The notes beneath the pieces are model-generated. The model searched no databases, had not been told where the DNA came from, and saw nothing but the letters and a program-made list of their open reading frames with translations. From Corynebacterium amycolatum (GTDB taxonomy: Bacteria > Actinomycetota > Actinomycetes > Mycobacteriales > Mycobacteriaceae): a stretch of 32,000 nt of DNA. Numbering within the stretch: position 1 is the first letter of the stretch; every line of letters begins with the position of its first letter. The stretch lies in the NCBI RefSeq assembly GCF_049243625.1, contig NZ_CP046975.1; one strand, 5' to 3'. This document shows positions 9,229-16,185 of this stretch, one piece after another. The position numbers and the translations under genes were made by a program.

Positions 9229-10608
9229 GTGGACGATGTGAGCGACTCAGAGAAGTACCCGAACGACCGCGCCCTCGAGAATGTGGAGGACGGATTCGAT
9301 GACGATCTCGACGTCCCGACCTACCGCAAGCTCGCTGAGCCAATGAACGAAGAAACCAACCGCGATGACAGCGACAACACCGCAACGCAAATTTTTCCGG
9401 GTGTGCCGGAAAAGCGCGTAGATGAGGAGCCGGAGGCGGAGGTAGACCAAGAAAACCTGCCGCCGGAATCCGCCGCTGCATCAGAGACAGTGGCAGAGAC
9501 AGAGGTCGAGCCGAGCTCGGAACCGGAGCCTGAAGTTCAGGAAACCCCGAAGAAGCGCTACGACGCCTACGCCGCTGCAGGCCGCACGGCACCTCAGGTG
9601 ATTAGCCCTGCCGGTAAGCCTTCGCCGCGGGATGAACAGGCCGAAACTGAATTGGCACCCGCGGCCGATAAAGAGTCGGAGGTAGCCCCGGAGTCGGAGG
9701 CGACCGAGATCTTTGAGCAGCCGGCCCGTAGCGAGCGCGTTGATTCAGATGAGGATTTCAGCCAGCCGACGCAAGCCTTCTCGGCTTCTGAAGCGGCAGC
9801 AGCGTCCACAGCGGGAACTGCCGCAAATAAGTCGGAAGCACAGTCAGCATTCGACGATGAGGCGGAGTCAACCTATGGCTCTGCACGCAATTCCGCAGCT
9901 GAGACTCAGTATTTCGATGAATCGGATTTCGCTGAACCGGCTGCCTCTCGCGATACCGCTGGTGCCGCTGGTGTTGCAGGAGCAGGCGTAGGGGCCGCCG
10001 GGGCAACTGCGGCTACGACTACCGCCGCTGCTGACGACGATGAAGACACGGACTTCAACGACGACAACGAACCGGAGTTCCGTCGCGGTACCACCGACTT
10101 CGGCCTCCTGCTGCTGCGTCTTGGATTGGGTGCGCTGCTGTTGGTCCATGGCCTGACAACGCTGCTCGGCTGGGGCAGCTCCGGTGGCACCACTGCGCTG
10201 GAGACACAGTTTAGCCAGAACAACTTCGCCCTCGGCCCTGTGATGGCCACTGCCATCCCAACGGTTCAGCTCATCGCGGGTGCCCTGCTCATCTTAGGGC
10301 TTGCGACACCGCTGGCCGCAGCATTGGCGCTGGCATTGTCCGCCTACCTCAGCATGTTTGATGTGGCTACCTCTGCCAATGGCGTGAATATCGTCGGCCA
10401 GGATTCCAGCAACCTTCAGCTACAACTGTTGATGACCGCCATGGCACTTGGCTTGCAGTTCACCGGCCCGGGCCGCATCGGCATCGACTTCGGACGCGGC
10501 TGGGCTCGTCGCCCACTGGCATCGTCGTGGATCTTCGGAATTCTGTCCATCGCTGCAGCAATTGGCCTGTGGTGGCTGACGACCGGCACGCTGCCGTTTA
10601 TCGGCTAA
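9229..10608 (+). CDS. DoxX-family membrane protein with a long acidic low-complexity N-terminal region
   Basis: The C-terminal 175 aa (from about 10081) contain four hydrophobic helices beginning DFGLLLLRLGLGALLLVHG, which is a DoxX-type start. The N-terminal 284 aa or so are E/D/A/P/S/T-rich with no hydrophobic segment. The GTG start at 9229 is unverified; internal ATG codons (for example MNEETN) are alternatives. Confidence 0.7.
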   Translation: MDDVSDSEKYPNDRALENVEDGFDDDLDVPTYRKLAEPMNEETNRDDSDNTATQIFPGVPEKRVDEEPEAEVDQENLPPESAAASETVAETEVEPSSEPEPEVQETPKKRYDAYAAAGRTAPQVISPAGKPSPRDEQAETELAPAADKESEVAPESEATEIFEQPARSERVDSDEDFSQPTQAFSASEAAAASTAGTAANKSEAQSAFDDEAESTYGSARNSAAETQYFDESDFAEPAASRDTAGAAGVAGAGVGAAGATAATTTAAADDDEDTDFNDDNEPEFRRGTTDFGLLLLRLGLGALLLVHGLTTLLGWGSSGGTTALETQFSQNNFALGPVMATAIPTVQLIAGALLILGLATPLAAALALALSAYLSMFDVATSANGVNIVGQDSSNLQLQLLMTAMALGLQFTGPGRIGIDFGRGWARRPLASSWIFGILSIAAAIGLWWLTTGTLPFIG

Positions 10609-10670
10609 GGCAGCTCGCAGCTACACAAACAGTCGAGCGGCCTAAACTAGGTTCTCGGTTAGGGCCGGGG

Positions 10671-10676
10671 TACAAT
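10671..10676 (+). promoter_or_regulatory. Candidate -10 box (TACAAT) giving a leaderless transcript for the downstream gene
   Basis: TACAAT lies at 10671-10676, followed by the 7-nt GCCCCCT and then ATG 10684. No SD is present. The TAnnnT hexamer spaced about 7 nt from the start codon is the usual corynebacterial leaderless layout. Confidence 0.4.
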
Positions 10677-10683
10677 GCCCCCT

Positions 10684-11568
10684 ATGCCAAAGTCGAGACA
10701 CGCACTAAAGACCACCCTTGCGGTGGTCTTTTTCATGTCTTCGATAGGCGCGACAACGTCGATCCACTCACCATCGACAGCTGCTGCCGACGAGCACAGT
10801 GAGGTTGCAGCCTCCGTCTCGTCGGCAAGCGTCTGGCCGACACATCAGGTGAGTCTGCCACGCATGGACCTCAACGCCGAAGGGTTGATTGAGGTTGACC
10901 CACGCACGCAAATGGCGGTGAGCTACGAGCCGGTGGGCGTGGGGTACAGCAGCCAGGCATCGCAACGCCCGCTGCCGGCGCTATCCCTGATTAAGTTGTA
11001 TATCGGTCAGTATGTGCTCGAACACGGCACTGCCGACGATGCCGAGCGCGTCGAAAAGATGATTTCGCGTTCCGACGACGATTTGGCAGCCGACTTCTAC
11101 CGGAAGTACCCGGAATCGGTCGATTCCGTTGCGACCGAGTACGGCCTGTTCAACACCTCCGGCGGAGAAAAGTGGGGAGTATCGAGGACCACTGCGGAAG
11201 ATGTGGTGTCTTTTATTTCCCAGCTTCGTCTGAAGCATCCTAATTCTGAGGTGCTTGAGGCGATGCGACACTGGTCGCCGATTGCTGCCGATGGCTATCG
11301 ACAGAATTTTGGTCTTGCCGGCCTGCCCGGTTCTGAAGGCGCGAAGATGGGCTGGTCCAACCGGCGTTCGTGGCACTCTTCCGTTGTTTTTGGCCCCGGA
11401 TATGTAATGGCGGCCATTACCGAGGGCAGCAAATATGCACACACCGAGGACGTCGCTGAGGGGATTGCCGACGTCGAGTACCGGGATTTGGTGAAGCCCA
11501 CGCGGAAGACTGGGCGCAAAGCTACCCTAGAAACGCCAAAGGCCCGTGCGGTAAGCACAGGCCTTTAA
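10684..11568 (+). CDS. Secreted serine-hydrolase-fold protein (beta-lactamase / DD-peptidase-like)
   Basis: A signal peptide is present (MPKSRHALKTTLAVVFFMSSIGATTS...AAA). An SxxK motif SLIK lies at 10984-10995. An SDN-like SDD occurs in MISRSDDDLAA and a KTG-like KMG in GAKMGWS. The start was moved from 10675 to 10684 because of the overlapping -10 box. Confidence 0.5.
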   Translation: MPKSRHALKTTLAVVFFMSSIGATTSIHSPSTAAADEHSEVAASVSSASVWPTHQVSLPRMDLNAEGLIEVDPRTQMAVSYEPVGVGYSSQASQRPLPALSLIKLYIGQYVLEHGTADDAERVEKMISRSDDDLAADFYRKYPESVDSVATEYGLFNTSGGEKWGVSRTTAEDVVSFISQLRLKHPNSEVLEAMRHWSPIAADGYRQNFGLAGLPGSEGAKMGWSNRRSWHSSVVFGPGYVMAAITEGSKYAHTEDVAEGIADVEYRDLVKPTRKTGRKATLETPKARAVSTGL

Positions 11569-11583
11569 GCGGGTTTGATCTAG

Positions 11584-13428
11584 CTAGTCGACAATGCGGA
11601 CCGCGCCCTTATCCGCACTGGACGCCATCTTGGCATATGCGCGCAGCGCCTTGGACACCTTGCGCGGACGTGGCTTGTGGGGAGTAAACGGCTTATCGCG
11701 CTTGAGCTCTTCATCACGGCGGGCCGCAAGCTCCTCGTCGGACACCTGAATTTCGAGGCGTCGTTCTGCGACATCGATGTACACTGGGTCGCCGTTGCGG
11801 ACGAGACCGATTGCGCCACCTGCAGCGGCCTCCGGGGAAACGTGACCAATCGACAGTCCAGAGGAACCGCCGGAAAAGCGGCCGTCGGTGACCAGGGCGC
11901 AAACCTTACCCAGACCAGCACCCTTGATGAATGCGGTCGGGTGCAGCATCTCCTGCATGCCCGGACCACCTGACGGCCCCTCGTAGATGACGAAGAGAAC
12001 TTCGCCCGGCTGCAAGGTGCGGTTCAAGATGACAGAGACAGCCTCTTCCTGGCTCTCTACGACGCGAGCGGTGCCCTCGAAGTGGAACTGGTCCTCGCCA
12101 ATACCCGCGGTCTTCAGGACAGCGCCGTCCTCGGCGATGTTGCCGCGCAGGACACAGAGACCGCCTTCCTTGGTGTAGGCGTGGTCGAAGTCGCGGATGC
12201 AGCCATTTTCGGAGTCCGTGTCCAGACTTTCCCAGCGGTTGGAAGTGGAGAACGGCTCGGTGGTGCGCACACCGCCCGGTGCTGCGTGGAACAGCTCGAT
12301 GGCCTCGTCAGTGGCCTTGCCGCCGCGGATATCCCAGTTATCCAGGTGCTCCTCCAACGACGGGGAGTGTACAGAGCGGACATCCATTTGCAGCAGGCCG
12401 GCGCGACGCAGCTCGCCGAGGATGGCTGGAATACCACCGGCGCGGTGGACGTCCTCCATGTAGTAGTCAGAGTTCGGCGCTACCTTAGACAGACACGGAA
12501 CACGACGGGAAATCGCGTCGATGTCAGAGAGGTCGAAGTCAATCTCGCCCTCCTGCGCGGCAGCGAGAATGTGCAGCACGGTGTTGGTGGAGCCACCCAT
12601 GGCAACATCGAGCGTCATGGCGTTGACAAATGCGTCGCGGTTGGCGATGTTGCGCGGCAGCACGGACTCGTCGCCATCGTTGTAGTAGCTCTTCGCCAGG
12701 TCCACGATTAGCTCACCGGCGCGGGTGAACAAGTCGCGGCGAGCCTGCTGAGTCGCCAGCGTAGAACCATTGCCCGGCAGGGACAGGCCGAGGGCCTCGG
12801 TCAGGCAGTTCATCGAGTTTGCGGTGAACATACCCGAGCAAGAACCACAGGTCGGGCACGCCGAGCGCTCGATGTCCAGCAGGTTCTTGTCATCGACCTT
12901 GTCATTCGCGGATGCAGAAATAGCCGAGATTAGGTCAGAGCCAGGCTTGACGACGCCATCGATAACAACCGATGACCCCGATTCCATCGGCCCGCCGGAA
13001 ACGAAGACCACCGGGATATTCAGGCGCAGAGCCGCATTGAGCATGCCTGGCGTGATCTTGTCACAGTTGGAAATACACACCAACGCGTCAGCGGTGTGAG
13101 CGTTGACCATGTATTCCACAGAGTCGGCAATAATTTCACGGGATGGCAGCGAGTAGAGCATGCCGTCATGTCCCATTGCGATACCGTCGTCGACGGCGAT
13201 GGTGTTGAACTCACGGGGGACACCACCTGCCGCGGTTACAGCTTCCGCAACGATGTCGCCAACATCCTTCAGGTGCACGTGCCCTGGCACAAACTGGGTG
13301 TAAGAGTTTGCAATTGCGATAATCGGCTTGCCGAAGTCGCTATCGGACATGCCAGTCGCACGCCATAGGGAACGAGCGCCAGCGGCATTTCGTCCGGCAG
13401 TGGTGACTTTAGAGCGAAGGGGGATCAT
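11584..13428 (-). CDS. ilvD: Dihydroxy-acid dehydratase
   Basis: The protein is collinear with C. glutamicum IlvD as I recall it ([24 protein letters not shown]...CDKITPGML...[17 protein letters not shown]...ADKGAVR.VD). It is 614 aa, with AGGAAGGG upstream of the ATG. Confidence 0.97.
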   Translation of the reverse strand: MIPLRSKVTTAGRNAAGARSLWRATGMSDSDFGKPIIAIANSYTQFVPGHVHLKDVGDIVAEAVTAAGGVPREFNTIAVDDGIAMGHDGMLYSLPSREIIADSVEYMVNAHTADALVCISNCDKITPGMLNAALRLNIPVVFVSGGPMESGSSVVIDGVVKPGSDLISAISASANDKVDDKNLLDIERSACPTCGSCSGMFTANSMNCLTEALGLSLPGNGSTLATQQARRDLFTRAGELIVDLAKSYYNDGDESVLPRNIANRDAFVNAMTLDVAMGGSTNTVLHILAAAQEGEIDFDLSDIDAISRRVPCLSKVAPNSDYYMEDVHRAGGIPAILGELRRAGLLQMDVRSVHSPSLEEHLDNWDIRGGKATDEAIELFHAAPGGVRTTEPFSTSNRWESLDTDSENGCIRDFDHAYTKEGGLCVLRGNIAEDGAVLKTAGIGEDQFHFEGTARVVESQEEAVSVILNRTLQPGEVLFVIYEGPSGGPGMQEMLHPTAFIKGAGLGKVCALVTDGRFSGGSSGLSIGHVSPEAAAGGAIGLVRNGDPVYIDVAERRLEIQVSDEELAARRDEELKRDKPFTPHKPRPRKVSKALRAYAKMASSADKGAVRIVD

Positions 13429-13480
13429 GTGGGCTGCCCTTCCTAGATAGGGTGCAAGGTAACTAATTGTCCATACTAAT

Positions 13481-13549
13481 CACAAAAGCCCCTAATGTCT
13501 CATTTCGCGGTCACTAGTGTCCGCATAATGAGATTTAGGGGCTTTTGTG
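13481..13549. terminator. 69-bp near-perfect palindrome (long hairpin) between the bPH gene stop and the ilvD start
   Basis: The arms pair CACAAAAGCCCCTAA (13481-13495) with TTAGGGGCTTTTGTG (13535-13549), then TCTCATT with AATGAGA, GCGG with CCGC, and CACT with AGTG around a central ACTAGT. By hand count about 30 of 34 positions pair, with one 2/1 internal loop. Confidence 0.5.
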
Positions 13550-13562
13550 GACTGCTTAGATG

Positions 13563-14096
13563 TTACTCAGCAGAGGCTTCGCCTTTAGCCTTAGCGCCTT
13601 TAACCTTGGCGTCAGCCTCAACCTCACTGGCCTTCTTCATTACGGAGTAGCCATCGCGGTCAAAGACCTCGACCTTGTCATTTTCCGCCATGCGAGCCGA
13701 AGTAATCGGATCCGGAATCAGACCGCCGGTGGCTTCCTTTAGCTCGGGCAGTGAATTAAAAGAGATGGCCGGCAGCGCGATACGCTCATCTGACTTGGTG
13801 ACCGCAAAGGCTCGACCGCCCTTGTTGAAGAAGATGCCTGCAAAATCACTCCAGGGCACCGAACGGCGCTGGGACAGTAGATAAACCGCAGTGATGCCGC
13901 GTGACCCCACGGTGGTGCGTACTCGGAAAATCCAAAGCGTATAAATCAACGGTGCCAGGAAGGTAACGGCCAGCCACGGGGTAAAGCCGGCGGCAATTAC
14001 ACACAGCACGACCATGAACGCAACGATGAACAGATGCGTCTTCTGTGGGCGAAATCGCTGCGTCGCAATTTTTGGCTGTGGAGTCGAGTCAGTCAT
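13563..14096 (-). CDS. Small membrane protein with a bacterial PH-like domain (Cfp6/bPH_6-type architecture)
   Basis: Two N-terminal TM helices are followed by WIFRVRTTVGSRGITAVYLLSQRRSVPWSDFAGI, matching the pattern I associate with the low-molecular-weight antigen 6 PH domain. It sits between ilvD and mscCG, the same position as the small membrane protein gene cg1433 in C. glutamicum. Confidence 0.5.
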   Translation of the reverse strand: MTDSTPQPKIATQRFRPQKTHLFIVAFMVVLCVIAAGFTPWLAVTFLAPLIYTLWIFRVRTTVGSRGITAVYLLSQRRSVPWSDFAGIFFNKGGRAFAVTKSDERIALPAISFNSLPELKEATGGLIPDPITSARMAENDKVEVFDRDGYSVMKKASEVEADAKVKGAKAKGEASAE

Positions 14097-14153
14097 GGCT
14101 ATTGATTGTAGCGGGTAGTTCGGATTGGCTAGTGCACGGTAGGCGGTTGCGCG

Positions 14154-15818
14154 CTATTGCGTATCAGCCGAGTTCGGTTCCGCGTTGTTAGTGGAGTCCG
14201 TCGACTGTGATCCACCAGTGTCCTCGTTGCCAGTGTTGCTCTGCTCGGAGCTTGACTGGGTGGAGGTGGTGGTCGAAGGTGCGCGGTTCTGTGTGTTCTG
14301 CGGCTGCTGAGAAGTCTCCGTTGGCTGGTTTTGAGATGTCTGATTCTGCTGAGTGGTCTCGGTGGGCTGCACATTCTGTGTGGTGCTAGTCGGCTGGTTG
14401 GATGACTGTGGTGCCGACGACTCTTCCGAGTCCTCTTCCTGTGTCGCTACGCGATCGTTCCACCTGCTCGGTGCCAACCATCCAGATGGGCCGTCCTCAG
14501 TTTCGAGTGTCATCAGGTTCAAAATGAAGAGAATCAGTAAGGTTACCAGGAGTACAATCGTCGAAACGCGAGCGCGCCCACCTGCGGAGAGGGTTCGACG
14601 AACCTTCTGGCGCGTCGTGAGTGTCTTCCAATCGGGGTGGTTAATCAGCTTGCGGATGGCGCTGTTGCTTTCACTGTCTTCCTGCTCGCGTCGCGCATCG
14701 TCAAGATCGGCTCCCGCGTGCGGAAGATCGGATCGCTCATTCTCGTCTTGCTTGTCGACGGTCTGAGTTTCCATCAGCTTAGTTTCCGCGGTGACTGGCT
14801 CGACTGCTGTGTCCGGTACCATTTCGACAACCTCGGTTGGAGCGCTGTCGACGTCGTCAAGCGCCTGCTTGTTCTCGCGCTTAGCGTCGGCCTGCTTGAG
14901 CTGTTCAATCATCGTGTCATCGCGGACGTGGCCGGTGATTTCTTCGGCGGGAGCAAACGGGGTCTGTTGGGCGCGCTCGCCGTAGTCATCCCACCAGGTG
15001 TCGATGACTGCGGCGCGGATGGCGCGCTCGATAAGCCATTGGTCGCCCGGTTTGCAGTCGACAATCAAGCGCATGGTGACGGTCCACGGCAGCCCCATAA
15101 CCGTTGGTGGATTGAGCTCTGTAGAGGACTGCATCTTGATTTCGGAGAGAACGGAGTCCTTGATTGAGTCCAGCGTGATTGCGCGCTTAGCAGCGGCGAC
15201 GGTGCGCTCTTCCAAATCCTTAATGGAACCACCGGCGGTCATCGGTACCGGTACTTCGACGACGGCACGCGACCACTGCGAGGAGTAGTTGATACACATA
15301 CGTGCCTCGGAGTTCGGCACGATAATTTCCTCGCCGTTTAGGGTTCGAATGGTCGTGGCGCGCAATGTCATATTGACGACGTCGCCCTGCACGGTGCCGG
15401 AAGGGGAATGGAACTCAACCCAATCGCCGATGCCGTACTGTTTCTCGGCAATGATGAACATGCCTCCGAGGAAGTCGGCGATGACTCCCTGGGCACCAAA
15501 ACCAACAGCAGCGGAAACAACCGTTGCGGGGATGGCGGCGGCGGTTAGCGAGATTCCGAATTTCGACAGAATCGCGATGATTAAGACGAAGTACGCAATA
15601 ACTTCGACGATGTAAACAACAGCGCCAATGAGCGCGCGTCGTCCCTTGGCTTGCTCGTCCTCAGAGGAGATATTTCCGTCTGCGATTGCCAGAACGAAAC
15701 GTCGGATGCGGGGAACAAGAATTAGCAGAATGGCCAGGCTTGCAATGGCAAGACCGTTGCTGGCTATCCATTGCCATGCCCGTAACAACATGAATTGTAA
15801 AAATTCCATGCTCTCCAC
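14154..15818 (-). CDS. mscCG: MscS-family mechanosensitive channel, MscCG/YggB type with C-terminal extension
   Basis: It hand-aligns along the MscS core to C. glutamicum MscCG (AAIPAT..SAA.G.GAQ..IADFL.G.FI..EKQ.G.GDWV.F, TMRAT.IRT...E..IIPNS, NWSRAVV..P.PM, PPTV.G.PW.VTMR). A late fourth TM helix (VSTIVLLVTLLILFILNL) and a Q/T/S/N-rich tail follow. It is divergent from ilvB as in C. glutamicum. The start is GTG 15818 (same N-terminal length as MscCG) or ATG 15809. Confidence 0.9.
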   Translation of the reverse strand: MESMEFLQFMLLRAWQWIASNGLAIASLAILLILVPRIRRFVLAIADGNISSEDEQAKGRRALIGAVVYIVEVIAYFVLIIAILSKFGISLTAAAIPATVVSAAVGFGAQGVIADFLGGMFIIAEKQYGIGDWVEFHSPSGTVQGDVVNMTLRATTIRTLNGEEIIVPNSEARMCINYSSQWSRAVVEVPVPMTAGGSIKDLEERTVAAAKRAITLDSIKDSVLSEIKMQSSTELNPPTVMGLPWTVTMRLIVDCKPGDQWLIERAIRAAVIDTWWDDYGERAQQTPFAPAEEITGHVRDDTMIEQLKQADAKRENKQALDDVDSAPTEVVEMVPDTAVEPVTAETKLMETQTVDKQDENERSDLPHAGADLDDARREQEDSESNSAIRKLINHPDWKTLTTRQKVRRTLSAGGRARVSTIVLLVTLLILFILNLMTLETEDGPSGWLAPSRWNDRVATQEEDSEESSAPQSSNQPTSTTQNVQPTETTQQNQTSQNQPTETSQQPQNTQNRAPSTTTSTQSSSEQSNTGNEDTGGSQSTDSTNNAEPNSADTQ

Positions 15819-15954
15819 CGTAGGTCGTTCGCCTTAAGATGGGCTGAGTTTAAAGATAAGGAATTATGCATAAAGAGGAGCTTCGAGGTGAGCCGCTCTG
15901 GCGTGCCGACTCGGATACACCGCCTCTGCACCGTCTCGGGTGCACCAGCGTATC

Positions 15955-16076
15955 GGGGGTGGGGGTGTTTCTGGGTAAAGTGATTCCCAAAGCTGGGGTG
16001 GGACTGCTGTGGGGAAACGGGTGGGAAGTGGGTAGGCGCTCGGGTGTTAAGCGGGCGGGGGTGTCCAATTGGCGGG
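15955..16076 (+). repeat. Strand-specific cluster of G3-G5 runs (G-quadruplex-type motif) in the mscCG/ilvB divergent intergenic region
   Basis: At least 13 runs of three or more G lie on the plus strand within about 120 nt. Examples are GGGGGTGGGGG at 15955-15965 and GGGGAAACGGGTGGGAAGTGGG at 16011-16032, which satisfies G3+N1-7 repeated four times. Confidence 0.6.
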
Positions 16077-16092
16077 ATTGACTTCTCACTAT

Positions 16093-16170
16093 GTGGACGT
16101 TAAGGTTGTAGTCAACGCCACATTCGTAGCTTCTTCGCGTGAATGTGAGTTGAGTAGTTGCCCACCATGA
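16093..16170 (+). promoter_or_regulatory. Candidate ilvBNC leader mini-ORF (Val-rich, 25 codons)
   Basis: GTG 16093 opens MDVKVVVNATFVASSRECELSSCPP* with three consecutive Val codons at 16105-16113, and it ends 15 nt before ilvB. C. glutamicum ilvBNC is known to use a leaderless Ile/Val/Leu-rich leader peptide containing a VVV run. No clean intrinsic terminator follows here, so confidence is low. Confidence 0.3.
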
Positions 16171-16185
16171 CCCAGGAGCGAAATC

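Noticed and set aside
9224-9592. A 122-aa Arg-rich minus-strand ORF and other ORFs overlapping the acidic N-terminal region of the DoxX gene.
   Set aside because: The composition is that of an antisense translation of GA/GC-rich acidic codons, with no start signals. They are antisense or off-frame ORFs overlapping the sense frame.
15866-16081. A 71-aa plus-strand ORF (MHKEELRGEPLWRADSD...) in the mscCG/ilvB intergenic region, with AAGGAA just upstream.
   Set aside because: Its Gly/Trp/Val/Arg-rich sequence is simply the translation of the G-run tract. It has no motif or hydrophobic pattern suggesting a real protein. I treat it as non-coding regulatory DNA, although ribosome profiling could revisit this.
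16091-16111. ATG-initiated mini-ORF MWTLRL* considered as an ilvB leader peptide.
   Set aside because: It has only 6 codons and contains no Ile or Val. The overlapping GTG frame with a VVV run fits the known C. glutamicum leader logic better. Neither is proven.
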